Below are positions 22,606-32,634 of a stretch of DNA of 36,879 bases, piece by piece (the stretch's first letter is position 1; each line of letters starts with the position of its first letter). The translations under genes were made by a program, and so were the position numbers. This DNA comes from a virus. The DNA lies in IMG/VR virus record IMGVR_UViG_3300045988_121423, positions 1 to 36,879 of that record; one strand, given 5' to 3'. The notes beneath the pieces were generated by a model. The model was not told the origin of the DNA. It made no database searches and worked only from the letters and a program-made list of their open reading frames with translations.

Positions 22606-25026
22606 CTACCAGCCCGTCATGGCGTCCTCCATCTCGGGGTCGCGCAGCACGCCTGGCTGGTTGCCCTTGCCTCCCTCGCTGATGATCGTGCACCACTCGT
22701 TGGCCGAAGCCTTGACCCATGACTGCACGGTGGCCTTGGTCACCTGCTTGCCGTTCACCTCGGGCATGCGCTCCACCACGTTGGCCACGGTGGCGTCCAC
22801 GCCGTCCTCGGCGCAGGCGGCCATGCCCTCGCGCAGCGCCGCCAGCTTCTCCTCCTGCTTCTTGGCGTCGTTCCTGGCCTTGCGCTCGCGGCCCTGGGCG
22901 CGGTAGTCCATGCGCCCCATCTCCTCGCCCTCGGGGCTGGCGTCCGCCAGAAGCCCCGTGCGGTCGACCGCGTGCATGGGGTAGTCGAACAGCAGGTCCA
23001 CCGGCTCGAAGCGCGGGAACTCGCGCAGGGTGCCCTCCACGCGCCACGCGCTCATCGCCTTGGCCCTGCCCCGCGCGGCCAGGATGCCGTCGAGGTACGC
23101 CTTGGTCCACTCCGGCGCGCGCGCCTGCACGATGGAGCGGCACGCGGCCATGAGCTTGTCGCCGCCCGCCGCCAGGTCGTCCTCGGGCACCTCGGCGCGC
23201 CATCCCCCGCCCAGCCGCGCGGCGTTGGCGTCCATGAAGCCCGCGGCCTGCTGGCCGACCGCGCGGGCCTCCAGCTGCGCGCGCAGCTCGTCGGACACGT
23301 GCAGCTCCAGCATGTCCAGCAGCGCGTCGGGGTCTCGCGCGAACACGCCCGAGCCTGATGCGCGGTCCATTGAGCGCTTGCCGCCCTGGGCGCCCTTGGA
23401 GTGGTGGTGGCAGTAGATGACCGCGCAGCCCAGCCCGTCGGCCACCTTGTCGAACTGGTTGCAGAATGCCGCCATCTGGTCCGCGCTGTTCTCGTCGCCC
23501 GTGATGACCTTGTAGATGGGGTCGACGATGACGGCGATGGGGCGCTCCTTGGCCGCGCGGCGTATGAGCGCCGGTGCCAGCTGGTCCATCGGCTTGGACT
23601 TGCCGCGCAGGTTCCACACGGCCACGTTCGCCAGGTTGCGCGGCTCGGCGCCCATGGCGGCGTACACGTCGCGGAAGCGGTGCAGGCAGGATGCCCGGTC
23701 CAGCTCCAGGTTCACGTACATGACGCGGCCCTGGGCGCAGCGCCATCCGAACCACTCCAGGCCCTCGGCGATGGCCACCGTCAGCGCGATGAGCGCGAAC
23801 GACTTGCCCGCCTTGGACGGACCCGCCAGGAGCATCTTGTGCCCCTGGCGCAGCACGCCCTCGATGAGCGGCGGGGCCAGCTCGGGCATGTCGTCCCACG
23901 TGGCGGCCAGCGTCTCGGGGTCGGGCAGGTCGTCGTTCTGCTCGTCCAGCCACTCGCGCCACGCCTTCCAGCTCGGCTGGCCCATGGACTCGGCCACGAG
24001 CCACTGCCTGCGCCCCGCGCGCTCCACGCCGGGCATGCGGGACAGGCGGGACGGGTTCTTGTTCTGCGTGTCCAGCTTCAGGCCGTTGTCCTGGCATGTG
24101 CGGTACAGGAAGTCCACGCGCTTGCGGTACTCGTCGTAGTCCTTGGCGTCCACGCGCACGATGGCGTGCACGGACTTGTTGCCGCTGTGGACCACCGCCG
24201 CGATGGGCAGCTCCAGCGCGCGCATCACGGCCATCTGGCGGCCGGGCGCCATCTCGTCGGACTCCACGAGCGCGTAGCGGAACTCCGCCACGTTGTCGTT
24301 TCGCACGCCCTGCCCGTCGAGCGGGTTGAAGCGTATCCACGCGCCTGCCTCGGCGTTCGGCTGGCCCAGCGTGTAGCTCAGATCGTCGCCGTACTTGGCC
24401 AGCTGCTGGATGATCTCGCCGGCGGTGCGGGTGCAGCTGCCTTTGCCCGCGGGCGTCCACCGCCCGTCGCGCTCGAACGCGGCGGTGACGTAGCCCACTA
24501 TGTCCTCGGGGTCGAACAGCGCCGACAGGTAGCGCGTCAGCTGGTCGGCGGGGTGCCACGCGTCGCCCTCGGGCTCGCGCAGCTCCTCGCCCTCCAGCCA
24601 CGTGGGGTCGACCACGACGTTGGCGGGCTTTGCCCGGCCCTGCTGCTGCGGGCGCGTCGTGCGCCATTCGCGCAGGGCCGGCGCCCCCGGGCCGTCCCAC
24701 GGGTCCGCTTCGGACAGGTCCCAGCCGAACGCCTCGTCGTCGCCCCAGCCGGGCGGCTCGTAGCCGCGCTCCAGGGCCATCTGCACCAGCGTGCCGCCGT
24801 TCACGCGGCCCTCGCCGCCGTCGCCGAAGGAGCGCCACTTGCGCTCGCACTCGCCGGCGTGGTAGCGCGCCGCGTCGGCGGCGCTCCACGCGTCCCAGAC
24901 CTCGCAGCCGTAGCCCTCGGCCTTGAGCGCCATGCCGACGCCCACCCATTCCTGGTAGTCGAGCGACGACGCCGGCAGCGCCGCCAGGATGCCGTCGAGG
25001 TCTTCGCCCAGAAGGCTCCCGTCCAT
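22606..25026 (-). CDS. Bifunctional primase-polymerase (AEP family) fused to a P-loop replicative helicase (RepA/DnaB-like)
   Basis: The primase-polymerase motifs are ALVESDE and VVHSGNKSVHAIVRV, which is AEP motif II. The helicase Walker A is LLAGPSKAGKSF. Confidence 0.75.
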   Translation of the reverse strand: MDGSLLGEDLDGILAALPASSLDYQEWVGVGMALKAEGYGCEVWDAWSAADAARYHAGECERKWRSFGDGGEGRVNGGTLVQMALERGYEPPGWGDDEAFGWDLSEADPWDGPGAPALREWRTTRPQQQGRAKPANVVVDPTWLEGEELREPEGDAWHPADQLTRYLSALFDPEDIVGYVTAAFERDGRWTPAGKGSCTRTAGEIIQQLAKYGDDLSYTLGQPNAEAGAWIRFNPLDGQGVRNDNVAEFRYALVESDEMAPGRQMAVMRALELPIAAVVHSGNKSVHAIVRVDAKDYDEYRKRVDFLYRTCQDNGLKLDTQNKNPSRLSRMPGVERAGRRQWLVAESMGQPSWKAWREWLDEQNDDLPDPETLAATWDDMPELAPPLIEGVLRQGHKMLLAGPSKAGKSFALIALTVAIAEGLEWFGWRCAQGRVMYVNLELDRASCLHRFRDVYAAMGAEPRNLANVAVWNLRGKSKPMDQLAPALIRRAAKERPIAVIVDPIYKVITGDENSADQMAAFCNQFDKVADGLGCAVIYCHHHSKGAQGGKRSMDRASGSGVFARDPDALLDMLELHVSDELRAQLEARAVGQQAAGFMDANAARLGGGWRAEVPEDDLAAGGDKLMAACRSIVQARAPEWTKAYLDGILAARGRAKAMSAWRVEGTLREFPRFEPVDLLFDYPMHAVDRTGLLADASPEGEEMGRMDYRAQGRERKARNDAKKQEEKLAALREGMAACAEDGVDATVANVVERMPEVNGKQVTKATVQSWVKASANEWCTIISEGGKGNQPGVLRDPEMEDAMTGW

Positions 25027-25029
25027 CTC

Positions 25030-26637
25030 CTACACCTCCATCGTCGTCGGGTCGTACGTCGCGGGGTCGACGCCGCGCGGGACGCCGCGCCACCCCTGCG
25101 CCGCTATGCGGCTGATCATGTTGCTGGCCGCGTCGAACGGCCACGTGCCCACGTGCGAGAAGCCGAAGCGCTCCAGGCACCGTATCTGCTTCGGGGTGGT
25201 CAGCCCCTCGCGGCGGCGCTTGTCCAGGCGCTCCAGCAGCAGGCTGGCCTTGCCCTTGCACGCCACCTCGTCGGGGAAGATGCCGAAGCGCTCCAGCGCC
25301 GCCAGCTGCTTGTCCGTCGGCGGCTCCAGGTCGGCGGGGAACGCGGGCTCCCAGCCCGCCAGGTCCTCGGCCTGGATGCTCATCTCGAACTGCACGGGGT
25401 CGACCAGCTTGCGCTTGCGGCCCTTCATGGCCTTCAGCTCTCGCGCCAGGCTCTCCTCGCGCTGCGCCACCACGTCGGCGCTGGCCTGCCGCTCGCACGC
25501 CTCCAGGTCGACCCCGCCCGGGGCCTGCTCGGCCAGCTCGGTCATGCCCGCCGCCACCTCGGGCGACTGCGCCACCAGGTGCGCCGGGCGGCACAGGTCG
25601 TGCCTCTCGGTCATCCACAAAAAGTCGAGCACCAGCAGCTCCGCCTTGCCCGTCTCCGGGCTCAGGCGCGTGCCGCGGCCGACCATCTGCACGTACAGGC
25701 TGCGCACCTTCGTGGGCCGCAGGACCACCACGCAGTCCACGCTCGGGCAGTCCCAGCCCTCGGTGAGCAGCATGGAGTTGCACAGCACCGCGCCGGGGCC
25801 GGCCTGCTCGTAGCGCTCAAGCACCTCGGCCCGGTCCTCGCTCTCGCCGTCGACCTCCATGGCGTCGAAGCCCTTGGCGGCGAGCGCCGCCGCGAACTTC
25901 TTGGAGGTTGCCACGAGCGGCAGGAACGCCACGGTCTTGCGCCGCATGCACCCCGCCGCCAGCATCTCGTCGGCGATGCGGTCCAGGTACGGGTCGAGCG
26001 CCGTGCCCAGGTCGTCGGCGGCGAAGTCGCCCGCGCTCACCTTCACGCCCGCCAGGTCGATGGACAGCGGCACGGTCTGCGCCCGGATGGGGCACAGGTA
26101 CCCCTCGCGGATGGCCGTCGGCAGCGTGTACTCGTAGGCCACGCTCTCGAACAGCTGGCCCAGGTCGCGCTTGTCTCCGCGGTCGGCGGTGGCGGTGACG
26201 CCCAGCACCTTGGCGTCGGGGAAGTGGTCGAGCACCGCGCGGTAGCTGTCCGACAGCGCGTGGTGCGCCTCGTCGACCACGATGGCGCTGAAGTAGTCGG
26301 CGGGGAAGCGCGCCAGCCGCCTCGCCCTCATCATGCTCTGCACGCTGCCGACGGTGACGCGGTACCAGCTGCCCAGGCTGGTCTCCTCCGCCTTCTCCAC
26401 CGCGCACCCCAGGCCGGTGGCGGCCTGGAGCTTGTCGGCGGCCTGCTGCAGCAGCTCGCCGCGGTGGGCCAGGATGAGCACGCGCCCGCCCCGGTCCACC
26501 ACGTCCTTGGCCACGTTGCAGAAGACCACGGTCTTGCCGCAGCCGGTGGGCAGGACCAGGAGCGTCAGCCTCCGGCCCTGCTCCCACTCGGCCTCCACGG
26601 CGTCCACGGCCTCCCGCTGGTACGGCCTAAGCTCCAT
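25030..26637 (-). CDS. SF2 DEAD/DEAH-box DNA helicase
   Basis: Motifs present are PTGCGKT (motif I), VVDEAHH (motif II), TAT (motif III) and QMVGRGTR (motif VI). The C-terminus has two repeats (QLAALERFGIFPDE and QIRCLERFGFSHVG). Confidence 0.85.
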   Translation of the reverse strand: MELRPYQREAVDAVEAEWEQGRRLTLLVLPTGCGKTVVFCNVAKDVVDRGGRVLILAHRGELLQQAADKLQAATGLGCAVEKAEETSLGSWYRVTVGSVQSMMRARRLARFPADYFSAIVVDEAHHALSDSYRAVLDHFPDAKVLGVTATADRGDKRDLGQLFESVAYEYTLPTAIREGYLCPIRAQTVPLSIDLAGVKVSAGDFAADDLGTALDPYLDRIADEMLAAGCMRRKTVAFLPLVATSKKFAAALAAKGFDAMEVDGESEDRAEVLERYEQAGPGAVLCNSMLLTEGWDCPSVDCVVVLRPTKVRSLYVQMVGRGTRLSPETGKAELLVLDFLWMTERHDLCRPAHLVAQSPEVAAGMTELAEQAPGGVDLEACERQASADVVAQREESLARELKAMKGRKRKLVDPVQFEMSIQAEDLAGWEPAFPADLEPPTDKQLAALERFGIFPDEVACKGKASLLLERLDKRRREGLTTPKQIRCLERFGFSHVGTWPFDAASNMISRIAAQGWRGVPRGVDPATYDPTTMEV

Positions 26638-26640
26638 GGG

Positions 26641-27318
26641 CTACTGGATGCCCCAGCCGGGGTGCTGCGACGCCCCCGCCTGCGGCTGCGGGGTGGGCAT
26701 TCCCGCCATTGCCTGCTGCTGGTACTGCTGCTGCTGCGGGCCCGCCTGGGGCGCGTAGGGAGCCGCCTGGGGCGCGTACGCCTGCTGGGCGGGCGCCTGC
26801 TGCGCCTGCGGGGCGCTCAGGGCCGCGTCGGGGTCCTCGCCGCACTGCTTGGCGTAGGCTCGCCACGCCTTCTCGTGCTCCTCCGGCTTGCAGAAGCAGT
26901 CCACGTCGTTGGTCTCGCGCTCCTGGCCGTCGCGGTTGGTGTACGAGCGCTTCTTGAGCTTGAGCCAGCCGCCGCGGCCCTCGACGTCGCCCCAGTTGAC
27001 GACGACCTTGCCGCGCTCGTTGCGGCCCTGGCCGATGGCCTCCATGAACTGCGTGACCTTCCACAGCATGCGCTGCAGCAGGTACACGCGCTGGGTCACC
27101 AGCGCCTCCTCGCCGCCGGCGCCCTGCACCTTGAGCGTCAGCACCGCCATGGGGCAGGCCGGCATCTTCGCGCTGCCCTCGAAGCGGGCGCGCTCCATCT
27201 TCTGGACGGTGAACGGGTAGAAGCCGTCCTCCAGCACGGTCCAGCCGCCGTGGCTCCCGTCGTCGGGGTCCGCCTCGGTGAGGTCCCAGTCCAGCACCTC
27301 GTCTTGCATTTTCGCCAT
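26641..27318 (-). CDS. Putative ssDNA-binding or annealing accessory protein (DUF669/SSB-like) with a Gln/Pro-rich C-terminal tail
   Basis: It is adjacent to the AAA_24 ATPase gene, as in Sak4-type modules. The C-terminus is APQAQQAPAQQAYAPQAAPYAPQAGPQQQQYQQQ. Confidence 0.4.
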   Translation of the reverse strand: MAKMQDEVLDWDLTEADPDDGSHGGWTVLEDGFYPFTVQKMERARFEGSAKMPACPMAVLTLKVQGAGGEEALVTQRVYLLQRMLWKVTQFMEAIGQGRNERGKVVVNWGDVEGRGGWLKLKKRSYTNRDGQERETNDVDCFCKPEEHEKAWRAYAKQCGEDPDAALSAPQAQQAPAQQAYAPQAAPYAPQAGPQQQQYQQQAMAGMPTPQPQAGASQHPGWGIQ

Positions 27319-27345
27319 GTTCTCTTCCTTTCGTCCTGCGTCTCG

Positions 27346-28407
27346 TTAGAAGGGGATGTCCTCGCCGCCGCGGTATTCGGCCACCTTGGCCTTCACCGTC
27401 TCCCATTGCGGCACGATCAGCCCGGCGATGTAGTCGGGCGGGTACGCCTCGGGCGGCGTGTCGGGCGTGAAGTGGCCCTGCAGCACCGCGAAGTTCAGCA
27501 CCTCGGCCAGGCTCACGCCGTCCCGCTCCATCAGCTCGCAGGCGGGCGCCCAGAACGCGGGCAGCCCCTTCTTCGCGGCGATGGTCCCAGGCGCGTCGCC
27601 CTGCGCCTGCGGGGCGGGCTTGGCTTGGGGCTGCGGCATGGGCCGCGCCTGCGGGGCGGGGGCGGGCACGCGCGGGTCGGGCCCGAGGCTCGGCACGTGC
27701 GGCGCTATGGCCTCGTAGCCCAGCGGCACCTCGTCGGGAAGCCCCCAGCGGTTCTTCGCGTCCCACGTGGCCTGGTGCGTGCAGAAGATCGTGCGCTTGG
27801 CGCCGCGCGCCTTGCCCTTGGCCATGAAGCCCTCGCCGACCATCTCAACGACGGTCTTGTAGTTGACGAACAGCAGCGCGTCGGCCCATTCCTTGAGCAG
27901 CGCGGCGTCCTTCTTGTACATCTTCATGGTCCAGCGGTCGTAGCTCGCGGCCTCGTCGGGCTGCTCGAACTTGGAGACCATGGCGTGCGCCGTGACCACG
28001 ACGTTCATGCCCGCGTCGCGCACGTCGGTGAGCAGGTCGAGCATGCGGCCGAACTCCTCCAGGGCGAACTGCCAGCACTTGCCGAAGCCCAGCGTCTCCA
28101 TGGAGTCCCACTTGTGCTGCGCGCACAGCTCGGCGCACAGCAGGCGCTCGGCCCAGTCGGCGGTGTCGAGCACCAGCGTGCCGCACGGGCGCTCCGCCGC
28201 CACGTCGCGCAGCAGGCCCTTGAGCGCCGTCCAGCTCTGCGGGGCCTGCGTTCGGGCCACGTCGTATCCCTCGGTGCCGCCCTCGGTGTCGACGAACAGG
28301 GGGTTGGGGAACTGCGCGGCCAGCGTCGTCTTGCCGATGCCCTCGACGCCGTAGATCACGACTTTCTGGGGCTTCTGCGCGGCCCCGCGCGTTATCTGGA
28401 TGGCCAT
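27346..28407 (-). CDS. AAA_24 / RecA-like ATPase (Sak4-like recombination protein)
   Basis: The Walker A box is VVIYGVEGIGKTTLA. The product is 353 aa with a Pro-rich linker and a C-terminal domain. Its start overlaps the upstream stop in a TAATG arrangement. Confidence 0.7.
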   Translation of the reverse strand: MAIQITRGAAQKPQKVVIYGVEGIGKTTLAAQFPNPLFVDTEGGTEGYDVARTQAPQSWTALKGLLRDVAAERPCGTLVLDTADWAERLLCAELCAQHKWDSMETLGFGKCWQFALEEFGRMLDLLTDVRDAGMNVVVTAHAMVSKFEQPDEAASYDRWTMKMYKKDAALLKEWADALLFVNYKTVVEMVGEGFMAKGKARGAKRTIFCTHQATWDAKNRWGLPDEVPLGYEAIAPHVPSLGPDPRVPAPAPQARPMPQPQAKPAPQAQGDAPGTIAAKKGLPAFWAPACELMERDGVSLAEVLNFAVLQGHFTPDTPPEAYPPDYIAGLIVPQWETVKAKVAEYRGGEDIPF

Positions 28408-29819
28408 TACTGAATCACCCAGCCCTTCGCCGCCGCGGGCGCGCACGTCCCGTCGCGCGGGATGGTGCACTCCTGGCAGCCGCTGTCCGCCGCGCACTCG
28501 CGTAGGCTTTCGGCTACCATGCGCTCCTCGTCCCCCTCGGGGTCGCCCAGCTGCCCGCGCCCGTCCTCGATGACCAGGCTGCACTCGCCGCCGGTGCCAA
28601 CGCGGGTGCCGATGACTTGCAGGCCCTCGCCCTCGGCCCACTGCCCGAACTCGGCCAGCGTCTGCGGGTCCATCTGCTCGAGCTTGTCCACCAGCACGAA
28701 GCCGCACTCCGGCTTCAGCTCGCGCACGATGGCTGTCGCGGCCTTCAGCTGCTCGCTGCCGCTCATGCAGTCCCACGGCTGCCCCTGGTACTCCAGGCGC
28801 GGCTCGCCCTTGGCGTCGAACTCCACGGCCAGCCCCTCCAGCGGCAGCTTCGCTCCGCGCAGCAGGTCGGTGCGGGCCTTCTGCAGGCCGCGCACGCGCT
28901 CGTCCAGCTCGTCGTACTGGGCCTTCAGCTCGTCGGCCTCGGCCATCGCGGCGGCGCGGCGCATGTTGGTGCGCACCTTGTCGTTGACGGTCTCGACCTC
29001 GGCCAGCTGCGCCTCCAGCTCGGCGGTGGACTCGTCGCGCAGCTGCTCGGCGGTCTTTGCGGCGGTGGCCGCGTCGGCGCTCAGCCGCTCCACCTCCGCC
29101 GACTTCTCGGCCATGCGGCGCGCCAGCTCGGCGCTCTGCTCGTTCATGCGCGCCAGCTCTCCCATGGCCGCGTCCAGGCGCGCCTTGACCTGCTGGGCCT
29201 CCATGCGCTTGCGCTGGTTCTCGCCGTTGCGCGCCAGGATGGCCGACTGCTCGGCGATGAGCTCGGACGCGCTCACCTCCTGCGCCGGCGCGTCCGGCCA
29301 GTGCCGCATGTCGTTGGCCGCGCCCCGCTTCTGGCGCTCCATCTGGCCCACGGCCAGGCGCTGGTTGTAGGCCGTCTGCTTCTGCGCGTCCAGGGCCGCC
29401 AGCTCCTCGCCGACGCCCATGATGGACAGCAGCGTCTCGGCCTTCTCCTTGTCGGTGGCCTGCATGAACTTGGGCAGGTTCAGGGCCAGCTGCTCGGTGA
29501 ACGAGTTCAGCAGCTGCTGGCCGCCCTTGTTGCCGCTCGGGTCGATGACCTTCAGCGAGCTGTTCTTGCCCTTGCGCTCCACCACGATGCCGTTGTCCAG
29601 CACCACGCGCAGCTGCGGGTCGCCGGCGGCGTCCTCGCGCTTGGCGTTGCTCGGGCGCATCTTGTCGCCGCCGAGCGCCCACGCGATGGCGTCCAGCACG
29701 CTCGTCTTGCCCTGGCCGTTTCGGCCGCCTATGACCGTCAGCCCGTCGGCCTTCGGCTCCAGGTACACGGCCTTCACGCGCTTGACGTTCTCGGCCTCCA
29801 CCGATGCGATCTTCACCAT
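28407..29819 (-). CDS. SbcC/RecF/SMC-like AAA_23 ATPase with a long coiled-coil
   Basis: The N-terminus is MVKIASVEAENVKRVKAVYLEPKADGLTVIGGRNGQGKTSVLDAIAWAL, followed by about 250 aa of coiled-coil. Its start overlaps the ParB stop in a TAATG arrangement. Confidence 0.7.
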   Translation of the reverse strand: MVKIASVEAENVKRVKAVYLEPKADGLTVIGGRNGQGKTSVLDAIAWALGGDKMRPSNAKREDAAGDPQLRVVLDNGIVVERKGKNSSLKVIDPSGNKGGQQLLNSFTEQLALNLPKFMQATDKEKAETLLSIMGVGEELAALDAQKQTAYNQRLAVGQMERQKRGAANDMRHWPDAPAQEVSASELIAEQSAILARNGENQRKRMEAQQVKARLDAAMGELARMNEQSAELARRMAEKSAEVERLSADAATAAKTAEQLRDESTAELEAQLAEVETVNDKVRTNMRRAAAMAEADELKAQYDELDERVRGLQKARTDLLRGAKLPLEGLAVEFDAKGEPRLEYQGQPWDCMSGSEQLKAATAIVRELKPECGFVLVDKLEQMDPQTLAEFGQWAEGEGLQVIGTRVGTGGECSLVIEDGRGQLGDPEGDEERMVAESLRECAADSGCQECTIPRDGTCAPAAAKGWVIQ

Positions 29820-31129
29820 TACAGCTCCTCGCTCTCGTCTTCCTTGCACGCCGCCGACAGCTCGGCCATCAGCGCCATGTCCCCCCTGCTCGGCTCCCAG
29901 CCGTCGCCCGCCGCGGCGCCCATGGCGTCCAGGAAGTGCGTCAGCTGGTCGCGCCCGTAGTCGCTCATCTCGTCCAGGCCGCACGCCATGCCCAGCACCG
30001 TGAGGTTCGGCTCGGCGCCGGCCAGCCAGTCGCGGGCGATGCAGGCGGCCACCATGCCGCTGGCAGCTCCGTCGGGGCGGGCGCCTTCCCACTCGGCCTC
30101 GTCGAGCCAGCACGACGCCTTGCCGCCGTTGTCCCACCTGCTCTCGCGGTCGCCGAGCCACGACTTCACGGCCTCCTCCATGCACTCGCGGGCCTCGCGG
30201 CAGTCGAGGGGGCGCATCAGGCTCGGCACGAGGAACGCGCGCACGCTGTGCAGCATGTTCTCGATGCGGGCGGCCATGGCGTCCCTGCGCTCCTTGGCGG
30301 CCTCGCGCGAAGGGTCCACGGCGTCGTCGGGCAGGGCGGTGTAGACCACCACGCGCGCGCCGTCGTACTTGCTCACGAGCAGCGCGTACAGCGCCCCGCC
30401 GGCGTATTCCTCGGCCGCGGCCTCCAGGTCTTCGGGCGTGCGGCACGTCAGCGCGTAGCACATGCCCTCGGGGCGGTCGGGGCGGTCGCCGCGCTCCTCC
30501 AGGCCAAGGCGCAGCTCGGCGGCCTTGTCTCGCAGGGCTTGGGCGGCGCGCTCGCGCTCGACCTGCGCCCTGGCCTCCCTGTAAACGCGCTCCCACGCGC
30601 CCTCGTCGGCGTTGGCCACCTCGTCGGACAGCTCGGGGTGGTCGTCGGCCAGCTCGGCCACAGCCAGCAGGTGGTCGATGCTCATCAGCTCGGCCTCGCC
30701 GCCCAGGCGCTCGGCGGCCTTCTTGACCTTGCGCAGCCCCTTGCGGCGGGCGGCCTTCTCGACCTTCTGCGGCTCCACGCCCAGCAGCAGGGCGCGCTGC
30801 ACGCCGCGGCTGCGCTCCACCTCGTCGAGCGGCTTCTTGTCGTCGGTGGCCAGCATCGCCAGCGCGGCGTCCGCGTCGGCCCAGTCCTCGCACACCACCG
30901 CGTCGAACTCCTTGGTGCCCGCGATGCCCATGGCGCGCCAGCGGCGCTCGCCGTCCACGATGCGGTACACGCCGCCGTCGCGCACGAGCAGCGGCGGGTT
31001 CAGCGGCTCGCCCGGGCTCTTCGGGTTCAGCTCGAAGCTGGCGGCCAGCGCCTCCAGGTCGCCCATGTCCTCGCGCGGGTTGCCCTCGCTCGGGTACACG
31101 TCGGCGGTCTTGACTCGCTTCAGTTCCAT
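29819..31129 (-). CDS. ParB-like nuclease-domain protein
   Basis: The ParBc N-terminus is ...LLVRDGGVYRIVDGERRWRAMGIAG, containing the GERRxRA box. The product is 436 aa, and a strong RBS (ataggaggcaccaaacATG) precedes the gene. Confidence 0.75.
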   Translation of the reverse strand: MELKRVKTADVYPSEGNPREDMGDLEALAASFELNPKSPGEPLNPPLLVRDGGVYRIVDGERRWRAMGIAGTKEFDAVVCEDWADADAALAMLATDDKKPLDEVERSRGVQRALLLGVEPQKVEKAARRKGLRKVKKAAERLGGEAELMSIDHLLAVAELADDHPELSDEVANADEGAWERVYREARAQVERERAAQALRDKAAELRLGLEERGDRPDRPEGMCYALTCRTPEDLEAAAEEYAGGALYALLVSKYDGARVVVYTALPDDAVDPSREAAKERRDAMAARIENMLHSVRAFLVPSLMRPLDCREARECMEEAVKSWLGDRESRWDNGGKASCWLDEAEWEGARPDGAASGMVAACIARDWLAGAEPNLTVLGMACGLDEMSDYGRDQLTHFLDAMGAAAGDGWEPSRGDMALMAELSAACKEDESEEL

Positions 31130-31164
31130 GTTTGGTGCCTCCTATCAGGCAAAATATAAAAGTG

Positions 31165-31701
31165 TCATTGATTCGGGATTTTTTTTCGCATGCGCTCGAC
31201 GCGCCTGCGCTTGGCCTTCAGCACGCGGGTCAGCCTGCGCACGTCCCACGCCTCCATGGCGCCCGCCCACTCGTCGCGGGCCTTCGCCGCCTGGTAGGGC
31301 GTCATGCCGCTGGTGTCCGGCTCGGGCGGCTTCGGCGGCACGCCCGACTGGGTGCGCGCCTCGGTCCTCTGGTAGGTGGCCCGGTCGGCGTGGCCGAGCA
31401 TCGCCATGGCCATGGACGCGTCCGCGTCGGCCCTCGCTATGAGGTCGCGCAGCTCGCACGGCCTGCAGGCCCCGCTCTTGCCCATCCTCTCCCGCGCCAT
31501 CCCGCAGCGCGGGCAGGTCTGCGCGCACCTCGGCTCCCAGCAGCGCAGGGACAGCCCCATGCGCTTCGCCTTCTGGCGCACGCTCTCGTTCGAGCGCCTG
31601 AGCCGCCACGCTATCTCGCGGCGGGGGACGCGCCCGGCCATCTCGCGCAGCCTGCGCTCTTCCGCGACGGTCCACGGGCGCAGGCTCTCGCCGCGCCGCA
31701 T
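31165..31701 (-). CDS. DNA-binding protein with an N-terminal HTH-like region and a C4 zinc ribbon; a possible transcriptional regulator
   Basis: The N-terminal region is RPWTVAEERRLREMAGRVPRREIAWRLRRSNESVRQKAKRMGL. The zinc ribbon is CAQTCPRCG...CRPCE. Confidence 0.45.
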   Translation of the reverse strand: MRRGESLRPWTVAEERRLREMAGRVPRREIAWRLRRSNESVRQKAKRMGLSLRCWEPRCAQTCPRCGMARERMGKSGACRPCELRDLIARADADASMAMAMLGHADRATYQRTEARTQSGVPPKPPEPDTSGMTPYQAAKARDEWAGAMEAWDVRRLTRVLKAKRRRVERMRKKIPNQ

Positions 31702-32204
31702 CAGCGCCCGCCATGGCGCTGGTAGAACCACAGGCCGTGCGCGAACGCGCTGCGCAGGTGCTCATTGGTCACCAGGCGGCCGCAGCCCTGCAGGACCTCT
31801 CGCCCCTGCAGCGCCTCGTCGACCGCCCACGCGCAGTTCCCGCGCGCCCTCGGGTTGAGCACCTTGGCGCTCAGCTGGATGGTGAACGGCTCGCCGGCCT
31901 TGTGCAGGTGCGCGGTGAGGCTGCCCACCAGCCACGGCGTCTGGTGGCTCATGCTCATGTGGCCGCGGCCGCCCTGCTGCTGGTAGCCTTCGAGCACCAC
32001 CATGCTGTGCGGGCGCTCGGCCAGGAAGCGCTCAAGCTGGCGCCAGATGGACTCGCAGCGCTCGTCCAGCAGGTCGTTGTCGCCCCTCACGCCCTTCGGG
32101 AACCCGATGGTGCGCGAGTCGATCACGCGGCGCTCGTCCATGTACACGATGCCCGTGTGCAGGCAGCCCGGGTCGACGGCCACGATGGCCCCTAGCGCGC
32201 CCAT
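31701..32204 (-). CDS. RuvC-like Holliday junction resolvase
   Basis: The N-terminus MGALGAIVAVDPGCLHTGIVYMD resembles RuvC IDPGSRVTGYGV. A VLEGY acidic residue and a C-terminal D..E..H motif are present. Confidence 0.6.
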   Translation of the reverse strand: MGALGAIVAVDPGCLHTGIVYMDERRVIDSRTIGFPKGVRGDNDLLDERCESIWRQLERFLAERPHSMVVLEGYQQQGGRGHMSMSHQTPWLVGSLTAHLHKAGEPFTIQLSAKVLNPRARGNCAWAVDEALQGREVLQGCGRLVTNEHLRSAFAHGLWFYQRHGGR

Positions 32205-32431
32205 GCGGCCTCGCCCTCCCGGTACTCGTACACCGCCGCCGCGTAGCCGCGGTCGTATGCCTGCGCCTCGGCCTCGGCCTTGGACACGGCGATGCCGTGC
32301 GCCTGGCCGTCCAGGTACGCCTTGTGGCACATCTGGCCCGTCAGCAGCGCCATGAGCAGCACGGCCACCGCCGCGAATGCCAGCACGGCGTTGGCGTTCG
32401 CCGCCGCCTTGGCGTATACTCGCCCGGTCAC
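32192..32431 (-). CDS. Small membrane protein (79 aa)
   Basis: The ORF has high GC3 from its GTG start. The TM segment is NAVLAFAAVAVLLMALLTG. Confidence 0.4.
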   Translation of the reverse strand: MTGRVYAKAAANANAVLAFAAVAVLLMALLTGQMCHKAYLDGQAHGIAVSKAEAEAQAYDRGYAAAVYEYREGEAAWAR

Positions 32432-32619
32432 GCCCCCGCGGGCATGGCTTCCGGCTGCGCGGGCTTGCTTGCAGGCTTCTCCCGCGCGGCCTTCCACCTC
32501 TCGAACTCCTCCTCGACGCCCGGCGCCTCGAACGCCGCGCGCACCGCCGACATGAGCCGCGACCGCGCCATCCTCTTCGCCGCGTCCCTGCGCTCCTCGC
32601 CGCGCTCCGCCATGGTCAA
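32428..32619 (-). CDS. Hypothetical small charged helical protein (about 61-63 aa)
   Basis: The ORF has very high GC3. It has a TTG start and an alternative ATG two codons in. It lies directly after the Cro-like HTH gene. Confidence 0.4.
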   Translation of the reverse strand: MTMAERGEERRDAAKRMARSRLMSAVRAAFEAPGVEEEFERWKAAREKPASKPAQPEAMPAGA

Positions 32620-32634
32620 TGATCACCGCCATTC

